Under the pieces are notes generated by a model that did not search any database, had not been told where the DNA came from, and was given only the letters and a program-made list of their open reading frames with translations. From the NCBI RefSeq assembly GCF_006345805.1, contig NC_042998.1, forward strand, positions 25,482,001 through 25,546,000: 64,000 nt of DNA, in the 5' to 3' direction. This stretch comes from Octopus sinensis. Lineage: Eukaryota. The position numbers and the translations under genes were made by a program. Below, one piece after another: positions 12,236 to 24,556 of the stretch (positions are counted from its first letter, which is position 1; each line of letters starts with the position of its first letter).

Positions 12236-13259
12236 TATGTATGTATCTATTTCTGAAAAAGTTATGGAAATATGCATTGGAATCATATGAGCAAAATTTA
12301 GAATGTTGAAGAGTTAAATATGTTACTATATTAATTTTTACTCATATTGCAAAATTACAAAAATTCCGTATAAGCTTTCCTACAAAATATCTACATTTTA
12401 AAGTGATTATTTATATATTTTAAGTGCTTTCCATTAAACATTCAACAACAAAAAAAGTTTTTTTTTCTTTAAAGAATACCATTTTTGAATAAAAAGCAAG
12501 TAAATTTATCCGATGACAACGTCTGTCTCCACATAGCTGAGTTATAGCCTAGTGAAATAATTTTGTTCCGACTATTTCAGAATGCAACATTCATAATCTT
12601 TTCAGTTTTCCTTCTTTGCTAAATAATAATTTCCCTTTAGAGTTCTTGTTATTCCTCGCTGCAACATATTGATTTCACTAAACAAAGCAGGAGAATTTAT
12701 TTCATTAATTCTATTTAATGTAAAATGTTTGTTTTGGATCATAAATGCCTAAATCTTTTAGTTCTTACTTTAATTGCTTCAACTTTAGAAAATGGAATCT
12801 CATAGGATATGGAAAGCTGGGAGAAAAATTATACATCAAGGAAACTGTACATTCCAAAGGGTTTCGAGGAATTATCAAGAAAATACATAAAGTGTAAATG
12901 TTGAGATGTAAATTTAATTAAGTCAATGAATTCTGGAATGTAATTTTTATCCTTTGAAGAATTTTCTGCTCCAAAAATTTTTATCTTCCAAAAGAAAAAA
13001 GAAAAATAGGAAAAACTTTGGGTATACAGTTCAAAGTCCTTTTGGAACCCAATAACAGAAAAATGTGAATAGTGCCAAACTCCCAAGAACTGAATCATGA
13101 CCTAATTTCCATTTTTGTAAGCTATTTTATTTCAATCGTACTGTTAATGAACTTGGAACATACATGAAAGTCATAGCATAGCATTTCCTTTAAAGACAAT
13201 TCTTTGCATCAATAAAAAGAAATGAATCAATGAAGCGTATTTAATTAGTTAATATTCCA

Positions 13260-13455
13260 TTCTACTATTGGCACAATACCTGAAATTTTAGGGGAGGGGG
13301 GAGGGTTGACCACCTCGACCCCAGTGCACAGCTGGTACTTCATTAACACTAAAAGGATGAAATGTGAAGTTGACCTCAGTGTAGTTTGAACTCAGAATAT
13401 AAAGATGGCAAAAATGCCAGAAAACATTTTGATCGGCATGCTTATGATTCTGTCT
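13260..13455 (-). mobile_element. SINE A', diverged
   Basis: GGATGAAATGTGAAGTTGACCTC..TTTGAACTCAGAA resembles the A body. Confidence 0.55.
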
Positions 13456-14316
13456 TAAACGGATAGAAATATTAAAACTGGAAATATGTAAATCGTAAGG
13501 TAAAGTTTAAAAATTCAAAGATTCTACTGAATGAAAATATCTGAATGACCATCGAGAATGTTTCAGAAACAAAATAGGAATACAAAGTTAATTTGATGCT
13601 GTCAGGTAAAAACTAGTAACAGACGTTAAACAATGATGATGATAATGATGATGCTCTGTTTTTCATTGTTTCTGTTCCTGAAACACTCTGGATATCCTTA
13701 CTATACAATGACCCAAAACTACCTCTGAATCATCACTGGGCTGAATTTATATTTAAAAGAATAATTTGGATGTTTTAAATGGGTCTAAAAATTAGATATT
13801 AAATCTGCATGAATTGTTCCAGCAAATGTTTTAAAATTAAAAGTCAATAACATTCTAATGATAATCATGTGATGATGACTATTTTGAACATTAATGAAAC
13901 GAAAGCTTCAGTGGGATTAATTAGATATAAATTTGAGGGTCTGAACCCACGAAAGCTAGTCATATTAATATTTCATTAACACATCCTCAAATTCTTTCAT
14001 AGAATGATTGTTATTTGCAGCAACTATTACTACATCTTTGGGCCAATGAGGAAGCCTCTATGTAGCCACTCACACTGCTAGAAACAGCAGCCAAGTTTCT
14101 ATCAAATAATATTCTGCAGTCTTAAAATATGAAAGGTTACATTGGATAATGAAGTCCTAGATAACTGTAAAAAGATGGGATGTGATGAAAATGGTGACGG
14201 TTGATGTCAAAATGCTGCACCTCATAATGAGGACAAAGAACTATGATGACTTTTGAGATGCAATGCTGCAGAAAACAGGACTAGCTGTACAAGCATAGCA
14301 GAATGTTAAAATGGTA

Positions 14317-14760
14317 GTACCAACAATCGAACATCTGACAATTCAGCCCCGACAAGTTAGCACTAGATAATTCAGCGCATAGACAATTCAGAGCATGCAA
14401 TACAGGTAATTTATTATTATATTTTATTGGTGTTGGTTGTACATCTAAAACACATGCAACCTACAAACACAGCAATCATAGAATAAATTAAATCTACATA
14501 AACGAAAATAATTTCAGAATGGTAAGCATTAAGTACCAGTTATTTCAGAATGGTAAGCATTCTGAAATTATTTTTGTTTATGTAGAGTTAATTTATTCTA
14601 TGATTGCTGTGTATGTTGGTTGCGTGTGCATGTGTTTTAGATATACAACCAACACCAATAAAATTTAATGATAAATTACCTGTATTACATGCTCTGAATT
14701 GTTTATGCGCTGAATTATCTAGTGCTAACTTGTCGGGGCTGAATTGTCAGTGTTGGTGCC
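14317..14760. mobile_element. Fold-back MITE-like element with ~185-bp inverted arms
   Basis: CTGACAATTCAGCCCCGACAAGTTAGCACTAGATAATTCAGCGC (from 14335) is the reverse complement of GCGCTGAATTATCTAGTGCTAACTTGTCGGGGCTGAATTGTCAG (to 14750); pairing continues to the centre. Confidence 0.75.
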
Positions 14761-15096
14761 ATGATAAAATACATCTATTATCCTCTCTGAAGTCATTAGC
14801 AATCAAGCAGAAACCACATAGAGACATGAGGGTCCTTTATCTTGTGAGGGACATGGAAACCTCTGTTATGATGGTGCCACAATGAAATGTATTCAATACA
14901 TGATAAAGTGGCTTGTATAAGGAAAGGCAGCCAGATGTAGCAACCATACTAGAAAGATAATGTATGAGGAAGATGTGGTCCTTCAATCCATCTAGAAGGG
15001 AAGTAATTCTGAATAAGAAGCACCCACCAGCTCAGACCACAATGATCCATCCAAACCATACCTCACACGTTCATGCACGCTAATAGGATACATTAC

Positions 15097-15512
15097 ATTT
15101 CTTTACAACCCACATGGGACCAAACATAGAGTGGACAAACAAGAACAGACAAAGGGATTAAGTCGATTACATCGACCCCTGTGCATAACTGGTACTTAAT
15201 TTATCGACCCGAAAGGATGAAAGGCAAAGTTGATCTCGGCGGAATTTGAACTCAGAACGTAGCGGCAGGCAAAATACCTATTTCTATTTCTTTACTACCC
15301 ACAAGAGGCTAAACACAGAGAGGACAAACAAGGACAGACAAAGGGATTAAGTCGATTACATCGGCCCTAGTGCATAACTGGTACTTATTTAATTGACCTC
15401 GAAAGGATGAAAGGCAAAGTCGACCTCGGCGGAATTTGAACTCAGAACGTAGTGGCAGGTGAAATAGCGTTGAGTATTTCTCCCAGCGTGCTAACGTTTC
15501 TGCCAGCTTGCT
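15097..15512 (-). mobile_element. SINE family A dimer
   Basis: Two units joined at the same junction as the 8.4-kb array (AAAATACCTATTTC near 15271-15290). Confidence 0.8.
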
Positions 15513-15984
15513 GAGTACACTACACATATAAAGGTCAACATTAGAATGTTTCACTAATCTTTGAAGAGACAATCTTATCGTTAAGAAGCTAAGTGTAAGA
15601 GTTAATTTCTTTCAAGATATCTTAAAACCATAACAATATTTCGTTTTCTCCATTTTTTTTTTTTTTTCACATTTACTTCTTCTTGAGCAGGAAAGTTCTG
15701 CAAATTTGAATATTTGCATATCTATTGTGGGATTAAATGTTTTGTTTTTTCTAATTATTTTTATTTTATTCTATTTCTGTTCCTATTTTCTGTAGCCAGC
15801 AACACTCAATACAAACGATCTAAGTATATGCTATGAAAGTGCAATCTATTTCTTGGTTGCTAAACTTAAGCAAGATGAGAAAAAGATAATGAAAAATATG
15901 AAACTAATATTGGCAATGATGACTTCTCTCTCCCTCTTTCTCTTTCTCTTTCTCTTTATATATATATATATATGTGTGTGTGTG

Positions 15985-16402
15985 GTTGATGCCAGTATTC
16001 CCTGACTGGCTCCCGTGCCAGTGGCACGTAAAAAGCACCATCCAAACGTGGCTGATGCCAGTACCACCTGACTGGTTCCCATGTTGATGGCATGTAATAA
16101 GTACCATCCGAACATGGCCAATGTCAGTACCACCTGACTGGCACCCATGCTGGTGGCATGTAAAAAGCACTATCTGAACATGATCAATGCCAGGCCCCCG
16201 CTGACTGGGTCCTGTGCCGGTGGCATGTAAAAAGCACCCAACACACTCTTGGAGTTGTTGGCATTAAGAAGGGCATCCAACAGTAGAAACTTTGCCAGAA
16301 TAGATTGGAGCCTGGTGCAGCCTTCTGGCTCTCCAAACCTCAGTCAAACCATTCGACCCATGCCAGCATGGAAAATGGGCATTAAACGATGATGATGATA
16401 AC

Positions 16403-16445
<43 letters not shown>

Positions 16446-16645
16446 GTGGTGTTGGTGGTGGTGGTGGTGACGATGATGATGATGATGGTGATGATGATGA
16501 TGATGATGATGACAACGATGATGATGATGATGATGATGATGACGATGACGATGACAATGATGATGATGATGATGATGATGACGACGACGACGACGATGAT
16601 GGTGGTGACGATGATGATGATGACGACGACGATGATGATGATGAT
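15985..16645 (+). mobile_element. Family D (RTE 3' UTR) with four internal repeats and an expanded (GAT/GAC/GGT)n tail
   Basis: Repeats of GCCAGTACCACCTGACTGG..GGCATGTAAAAAGCACC, then AAGAAGGGCATCC, CCATGCCAGCATGGAAAA and the tail at 16388-16645. Confidence 0.8.
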
Positions 16646-17218
16646 ATATATATACAGAGAGAAAACATAAATACATACAGTATAAATATTTTATGGGAGC
16701 ACCAGAGGAAGGTTATATTTATTCATACATAAAATTTATTAATCTCTCTCTGCCTTATGTTGCTGCATTTACAAAAATTATTTTTGTTGTTTTTTTTTTT
16801 TTTTTTTGCTCTCCCTCTAAGCTTGGGATGCATTTAAGTCCTCCAGATCCTGGAAAAAAACAAGGGGCAACAACAGCTTCATTATTCAGCCTCACATAAT
16901 GCTTATTGGATTCTGGCTATAGTTCTTGATTACATGTTGCATGCAGGAGCTGGTAAGTATATGCCCACCCACGGTGCGAGGAATATCGCGATAATGACAA
17001 TGTTTAAACGACAGAGAAAGAAGAAGAAGAAGAAAAAGAGGGAAACAAACAAATATAGGTTCTTTCTGGAGGTAACAGGGGTAATGATCACCTGATGACT
17101 ACAAAAATGTTTAGCTGTCGATTCTGTTTTGCTGCACATAGAGATAAATTAAATATGAAAGACGATTGTGTACGTATACAATGTATGCATGTACAAGCAA
17201 TGCTTATAATAATACCTT

Positions 17219-17219
17219 G

Positions 17220-17257
<38 letters not shown>

Positions 17258-17890
17258 GGAGAAGAGAGAGAGAGAAAGAGAGAAAGATACATAGACACAC
17301 ATGTTATAACAAACACATTTACATAGACTCACAATAGTTTCCACATATGTGTATTTTGTACATGCAAGACTATACACACACGTGTGAGTGTATGTGTGTG
17401 TGTAGGAGAGAGAGGGAGAGAGAGAGAGACAAGTAGAGAAAGAGAGAGAGAGAGACAGATAGAGAAAGAGAGATAGACAAATAGAGAAAGAGCGAGAGAG
17501 AAGTGGGGGAAGAGAGAGAGAGAGAGAAGTGGGGAAGAGAGAGAGAGAGAGACAAATAGAGAAAGAGAGAGAGAGAAGTGGGGAAGAGAGAGAGAGAAGA
17601 GGGGAAGAGAGAGAGAAGTGGGAAGGAGAGAGAGAGAAGAGAGGAAGAGAGAGAGAAGAGAGGAAGAGAGATAGGAAGAGAGAGAGAAGAGAGGAAGAGA
17701 GAGAGAAGTAGGGAAGAGAGAGAGAAGTAGGGAAGAGAGAGAGAGAGAGACAAGTAGAGAAAGAGAGAGCGAGAAGTGGGGAATAGAGAAAGAGAGAGAG
17801 AGACAAATAGAGAAAAAAGAGAGAGACAAATGGAGAAAGAGAAATAGAGAGAGACAAATAGAGAAAGAAAGAGAGAGAAGTGGGGAAAGA
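17219..17890. repeat. (GT)n followed by a long (GA)-rich polypurine tract with GAGAGAGAAGTGGGGAA sub-repeats
   Basis: Direct reading; it accounts for the S/L-rich ORFs in the track. Confidence 0.9.
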
Positions 17891-19278
17891 TGTAGTTCCA
17901 GCAATCAGGTCCATGATAGATATGTATTGCTGTTTATGTGTGATATTCACACTCAAAGACAGCATGAATTTTTGTTTTATTTCTCCTCGTAATCTCTCAG
18001 AAGACTGTGATTATTCAACTGTAAAAATTCTTGCAACCAAAGAAAACAAAAGATATTTGGTTAATATTTTAATGTGCCAATGATTCCAGAAATATCATGC
18101 TGACTCACTAGGAAACATACAAGTAAATATTGAAATAAATAACAGAAATTTTTAAAAGCTTATATCTGATGCGCCAAACTGAAAGAAATATGTCTTTATA
18201 TACCTTCTTTTATGGAATTCTATATAAGAAGGCAGTAGTCTTTCACTCTCATGCTCTGGTAGTTCCAAAGAATGAAATGCTGCTTGCTAGTGTGAGAACA
18301 ATTTCAACATTTGAATATCATAGGAATGTGATTAATTTTCTTCAGGAATTAAACAAAGCAGAAAGGTCAACTCAATATTGTTTTACTAATCTTTGAAGAG
18401 ACAATCTTATATTTAAGAAGCCAAGTGTAAGAGTTAATTTATTTTAAGATATCTTAAAACCATAATTATATTTCTTTTTCTGTATGGTTTTTACATTTGC
18501 TTCTTCATGGGTGGGATGGTTCTGCAAATTTAAATATTTGCATATGTATTGTTGGATTAAGTTGGATTTTTATGATTTTTAGTTTTATTTTCTATAGTTG
18601 GAAACACTCGCTACAAACTATTCAACTTATATAGAATGGACGTAAAAATCTATTTCTTAGTTTGATAAACTTAACCAAGATAAGAAAAAATAAAATTATG
18701 AAAAATATGAAACCAATAATGGAAATGAAGATGGTAAAGAAATACTATTATAAAATAAATACAACAGAACCAACTAAATGTTATTAGATATAGAAATCAC
18801 ACTGCTGATTCTTCAGTTTCTGTGGAGATTGACAAGAGAAAAATCTGTCTTAGACCTAAGAAATATAGAACATTTATACAAACTAATGCATACATACAGA
18901 CTCTCTCACACACATACAGAAATACTCACCCATACAACATATATATAATGAAATGGATATTAAAAACCTTTTGAGATTAAGTATGTGTATGCATGTGTGT
19001 GTGTTTATGTTATATACAACATTTGCTAATGGCTAAAATAGAACTATCATATTCTACTTTGTGCTAAGTTAAAATAGAGAAGACTTCTCTAATCTTGTGA
19101 ACAATGAGAAATATCAGAGTGAATGACAAACTAATGAGAATTGTCTAAGTGATATTATATGGAAGCTAACGCTGAAACCTGAATCAGCCCTATTTCCAGA
19201 AAAGAATTCAATATATATATATACAAGGTGGATCATTAACTTTCAGCATTGTTGGTTTAATATATATTTTTTATGATA

Positions 19279-19808
19279 TAGGTGCAGGAGAGGCTGTGTG
19301 GTAAGTAGCTTGCTTACCAACCCCATTGTTCTGGGTTCAGTCCCACTGTGTGGTACCTTAGGCAAGTGTCTTCTACTATAGCCTTGGGCCAACCAAAGCC
19401 TTTTGAGCCTAGTACTTGTTCTATCAGTCTCTTTTGCCAAACGGCTAAGTTATAGGGACATATGGTGGGAGGACAAGTACAGATACACAAATAAACACAC
19501 ACATGCACACACACACACACACACATATGTGGGCCTTGTGAGTGGATTTGGTAGATGGAAACTGAAAGAAGCCCGTCATGTATGTGTGTGTGTGTGTTTG
19601 TGTGTCTCTGTTTGTTCCCCCACCGTTGCTTGACAACCGATGTTGGCGTGTTTATGTTCCCATAGCTTAGAGGTTCAGCAAAAAGAGACTGATAGAATAA
19701 GTACTTGGCTTACAAAGAATAAGTCCTAGGGTCAATCTTTTCGACTAAAGGCGCTGCTCCAGCATGACCACAGTCAAATGACTGAAACAAATAAAAGAAT
19801 AAAAGAAT
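19279..19808 (+). mobile_element. SINE family B with an internal inverted segment
   Basis: B homology; ~19407-19470 is an inverted piece of the B 3' half. Confidence 0.8.
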
Positions 19809-20008
19809 ATATTTGTAGAAACATGAGAAGATATCTATGGCTCCAATTTAGAAGTCCATGTTGGAATTTGCGAACAAGACTGAAACATGAAAATTCAATG
19901 CAGACTTTCAGAAAAGATTAAAAGCAAAACAAGGATAATATTAAGGAAACAGAAAGTAATAGAAACTTGAAAAATCTGCAAAAACCTGGAAAATCTTAGA
20001 CAATATAT

Positions 20009-20888
20009 ATGTGGGGCTGCTGAAAATTTTTCTGGCTTTGGGTAACAGAAAATATAGGAGGATCAGGTAATTATGATTTTAGTCAACATATTCCCCACTC
20101 AGATCCATACATTTATTGCATCAGTCCTGTTTTTCTAAGCTTTAGAACTCAGAAGCGCAATATCAAAAACTAGCAGTATTGCCCGGCGTTGCTCAGATTT
20201 GTTTCGACCCTTTAGAATTGGAATTTTTGAAAAGTAAAAATTTTGCATTATGCAGCTTGTTATTCTCTTTAAACAAACATTTTTCTGGTTGAAATACACC
20301 AAAAAATGGCGACACAGCAGTCAAAAAATCATAAAAAAGAGGGATTTTCATAGAAAAAAAGCACCTTTTTGATGTAAATAATTTTTGGTGTTAACATAGT
20401 CCAATTTGAATTTTTTTCTTCTACGGAATGAAGAGCAAGCCTTCTTCTATCATACTCTCAATTTTGGTCAACTTGTGCTGCAGGGTCTCAGAGGAGATAG
20501 TGTTAGTTGAAGGCTACCAAACCTGCCATACACAGACAACTTCAGCTTTATATTTATAGATATGTCCTTCGTTGTTCAACAGGGTGGGATTTGACTAGGA
20601 AAGATTTGGCTGCTATTTCAAGCATTTTGAGAGATTTTAAAGGATCATATGACTGCGTGGTAATTAGATATGATGGAGTGCTGAAGTGTTACTGGTTTTA
20701 AGGGTAACACAAAAGGCCTGGCTGGTGGCCTAACTTTCCAAGTTCTTTTACAGAGCTTAGAAAAACTGAAGGACCGCTGCAATATGTGTATGAATCTGAG
20801 AAGGGAATGTGTTGAATAAAATCATAATTAACTGATTTCCCTGTATTTTTTTTTTACCAAAAGCCAGGGATTTTTGTGCACCTACGTA
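20009..20888. mobile_element. Tc1/mariner-type MITE with ~130-bp inverted arms and nested insertions
   Basis: GGGCTGCTGAAAATTTTTCTGGCTTTGGGTAAC... versus ...TTACCAAAAGCCAGGGATTTTTGTGCACC; TA-flanked; same family as 22706-23297. Confidence 0.65.
20169..20561 (+). mobile_element. Non-autonomous Helitron-like element
   Basis: Starts ACTAGCAGTATTGCCCGGCGTTGC and ends ACTTCAGCTTTATATTTATAGAT, termini typical of animal non-autonomous Helitron families. Confidence 0.6.
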
Positions 20889-21604
20889 TATGATCTTAAT
20901 ATAGAGGATGTTCATAGAACAGGAAGGTGAGGATGAATCAAATATGATCCATTGGATGCATTTTGATAGCAAGTATGAAGGGTAGAACTCAACAGAGATG
21001 AGAGATTGGTTAAGCAAAAACAATGTTAAGTGATATATACAGAACAGAAAAATGAAAGTAGACAGTGCATGCTGGGAAATAAATATGTGGTATGCTGACT
21101 AAAAATGAAAAACACAGGATGAAGTGTCATGATCGAATCTATGGAAGCTGAGCCTAAGAAGCAAAAACTAAAGAATTCAATGATTGGTAAGATGCTGTGC
21201 AACGTAACCTAACCATGTCAGAAGTGAAAAGATAAATTAAAGTGCCAAAAGCAACAACAACTTATAATGGTCCTTTTCACTCTTTGAACTATATGTTGGA
21301 ACTATTTTCACAAAATGTTTTTTAATATTTTAATTTTTTTCCCAGATTATTTATTTAATGTTTGATAGTAAAAAGTTTTGGGGGCAAGTCCCTAATAGAG
21401 ACCATTTTTTTTTTCATTTTTGACAACACAACATATTTTTTTTTTTTGCTTTTTGGTTACTGCATTGAATCTAAATAGGGTTATTATGACTAGTAGAAAC
21501 ACAGGCCTTGAAGGCATCTTCTGTTATCTGGTATCAAAATGTATAACATCTCACCTGCTCATATACATAGAAATTATACCATCCAATCTGTCTTTTCTTA
21601 CAGT

Positions 21605-21976
21605 AAATGTGTGTGTGTGTGCATGCTATATATATGTATGTATATATATAACACATATATATACACACATATACATGTATATATATAAATATGTATATAT
21701 ATATTTATATATATATGTATATATATATTTATATATATACATATATACATGTATATACACATATCTATGTATGTATATATATATATTTATATATATATGT
21801 ATATATATATATATATTTATATATATACATATATACATGTATATACACATATATATGTATGTATATATATAAATATATATTATATGTATTTATATTTATA
21901 TATATATATATATTTATATATACACATATATATGTATGTATATATATATATATAAATATATATATATATATGTATG

Positions 21977-22027
<51 letters not shown>

Positions 22028-22030
22028 GTA
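21605..22030. repeat. Long degenerate (TA)n/(TG)n microsatellite
   Basis: Direct reading. Confidence 0.95.
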
Positions 22031-22513
22031 CATATTAATACTAGCAGCTTTATACTGAATCATTAGTGAATCATTCCCTGTGAAACCTAAGGCTGCAGCT
22101 ATCTGCCTCCTTTTATTTATCTATTTTTCATTTGATGCAGTTTCTGCAACAGGATATATTACTGGGAGAAGTTTTCTGTGTCCCACCCCACCCCACCCCC
22201 ATCTTGACACCCACCTCACAATGTTGAGTGCCAGATGTTGGTTATTTTGTCTTACTTCTAATTTGAAACTTGCCCAATTGATCAAACCTGCTTTGGAGTC
22301 ATGGAGGCATGGAATCCTTTCCACCACACAATTTAATATTTTCATACCTTTTTCTTCATAAAACCAGATATTACACGTAATACCATTTTGCCTAAAAAAT
22401 GGATCTACAAATTCAATATCTCTACATATCTCACATCTATTTTCTTTCCTCCACGTCACTCTCTATTTTGTATCCTATCTAAATTAACTATTACTTAACT
22501 ATTCTCTCACACC

Positions 22514-22561
22514 GTCTCTGATGAAGGGATGTAATCATTATCCTGGAAACAGCTGTAAGAC
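22514..22561 (+). ncRNA. Minimal type I hammerhead ribozyme motif (Penelope-type)
   Basis: Stem I GTCT/AGAC; CTGATGA; stem II (G)GGAT/ATCC(T) with an A-G mismatch at the core-proximal pair; GAAA; palindromic stem III CAGCTG; cleavage triplet GTA. Confidence 0.6.
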
Positions 22562-22705
22562 CTTCTATATATAAATGTTCTAAAATCTACTCAGCCTTGG
22601 TTTTTTATCTCATTATGAAAAAATTTTTTATATAAAACCAAATATTCAAATTTTTAATTCTCCCTTCAATATATGGCTACCCAAGAAACTTTCACACAAA
22701 CACAT

Positions 22706-23297
22706 AATGGGTGCTGAAAAGTTCATGTCTTTGGGTAAAAGAAAATACAGGAGAATCAGTTACGTATGATTTTATCAAAATCGAAATCGATCAACATCAA
22801 TGGAAATTGTAGCTGTGATACCAGCGCCGGTGGCAATTAAGCGAACCATCTGCCGGTGGCACGTAAAAAGCACCATCCAATCGTGGCCGTTGCCAGCCTC
22901 GCATGGCCCACGTGCTGGTAGCACATAAAAAACACCATCCGATTGTGGCCATTGCCAGCCTCGTCTGGCACCTGTGTCGGTTGCACGTAAAAAGCACCCA
23001 CTACACTCACGGAGTGGTTGGCATTAGGAAGGGCATCCAGCTGTAGAAACATTGCCAGATCAGACTGGGCCTGATGCAGCCTTCTGGCTTCCCAGATCCC
23101 AGTTGAACCATCCAACCCATGCTAGCATGGAAAGCGGACGCTAAATGATGATGATGATGATATTCCCCTCTCGGATTCACACACTTATTGCAGCAGTCTT
23201 TCAATTTTTCTAAGAGCTGTATAAAAGGTTGAAAGGTTAGACCCCGAACTGAGCCTTTTCCAATACCCTTTCAGCCAGGAACTTTTCAGCACCCCAC
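22706..23297. mobile_element. Mariner-type MITE interrupted by a family D insertion
   Basis: TIRs GGGTGCTGAAAAGTTC / GAACTTTTCAGCACCC; the two halves join to match 20011-20142. Confidence 0.7.
22783..23162 (+). mobile_element. Family D (RTE 3' UTR)
   Basis: 63-nt repeats, AGGAAGGGCATCCAGCTGTAGAAAC motif, (GAT)n tail. Confidence 0.8.
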
Positions 23298-23379
23298 GTT
23301 CGGATGGTGCTTTTTATATGCTACCAGCACGGGGATCACAGCTACAATTTCCTTTTGATTTGATTTTGATATTGCTGTT

Positions 23380-23756
23380 TGTTTGTTTGTTTGTTGAGCG
23401 AAGCAGTCTTCATCCCAGTAGTGGGAGAAGTCCAAAACGTGGTCCTTTGCTATTCGTAAGACCCGCAGAAGAGAAAGCAGGTTAACCCCCGACACTGAGA
23501 GTATCGACAGACGGATGAATGCACATCCAGGCTCTGCGGTTGCGTAGGAAGTCAGGGACGAGAAACAGGAAGAAAGAGTGAGAGAAATTTGGAGTGAACG
23601 AGTACAACAGGGGTTGCCACCACCCCCTGCCGGAGCCTTGTGGAGCTTTAGGTGTTTTCGCTCAATAAACACACACAACGCCCAGTCTGGGAATCAAAAC
23701 CATGATCCTCTAGCTGTGAGTCCGCTGCCCTAACCACTGGGCCATTGTGCCTCCAC
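23380..23756 (-). mobile_element. SINE family C (tail type 1, (CAAA)n end)
   Basis: Head GGAGGCACAATGGCCCAGTGGTTAGGGCAGCGGACTC..GGTTTTGATTCCC; possible TSD TTGCTGTT on both sides. Confidence 0.8.
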
Positions 23757-23764
23757 TTGCTGTT

Positions 23765-23968
23765 GATGTTGATGTTGGTGTGCTTGACTCAATAGGTTTC
23801 CTCAATCACAGCATATCACCCTACGATCCAAGGTACTTTTGAGTAGGCTGGTTATGCAACACTGGTGTCGGTTACAGCTGTGGACTCACTTTATTTGCCA
23901 GGTCTTCTCAGTCACAGCATACCTCCAGAGGTCTCGGTCTTTTGTCATTGCCTCTGTGAGGTCCCAAA
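23765..23968 (-). mobile_element. RTE LINE ORF2 C-terminus and start of the 3' UTR
   Basis: Minus-strand translation LTEAMTKDRDLWRYAVTEKTWQIK* continues the RTE C-terminus seen at 47.1 kb. Confidence 0.65.
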
Positions 23969-24409
23969 CCAAGTTATGCTATTTTGAAAGCATTTGATAT
24001 TTATGTTTCACATAAATGTGCAATAGATAAAAATGGGAATTTCATCACAAAATTGTCCTCAGTTAAGACATATCAGAATATGAACAAATTGATGAAATTA
24101 TCCTTTTTACATGATCAGGACCATTTATGTTGCTCACTAGATGAGGAGAGGATGTGGCCAAAAGTGGTAAAATATCTGTAGAGTGGGAAAAGGAAGAGTC
24201 AGGGTGAGAGAGAGAAAGAGAGTGTGAAAAAGAGAAAGGAAAGTGAAGAAAAGAATCCATTTTGTGGGTGTGAGGGCAGAGGAAATATGAGGGAAATGAA
24301 AGCCTGTGGGATGAAGGGAAGAAAAAGGGTCAATTATACAAAAAAAAGTAAATAAATAACTGTACCAATGAATACATGGTTGAAAGCATGAATAATAATA
24401 ATGATAATA

Positions 24410-24442
<33 letters not shown>

Positions 24443-24556
24443 GTAATAATAATAATAATTTCTTTTATTGGCCATGGGGACATAAATGGGCATTAATTTT
24501 TATAGTGAAAATTGTGTTGGAAAATGATGATAGCTGGGTTGGTAGATTGGTAAATA

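Noticed and set aside
16820-16958. Acceptor-like T run and a GTAAGT donor
   Set aside because: All three frames between them contain stops.
21110-21190. Possible exon MIESMEAEPKKQKLKNSMI followed by GTAAG
   Set aside because: Very short, with no partner exon or recognisable homology; such motifs arise by chance.
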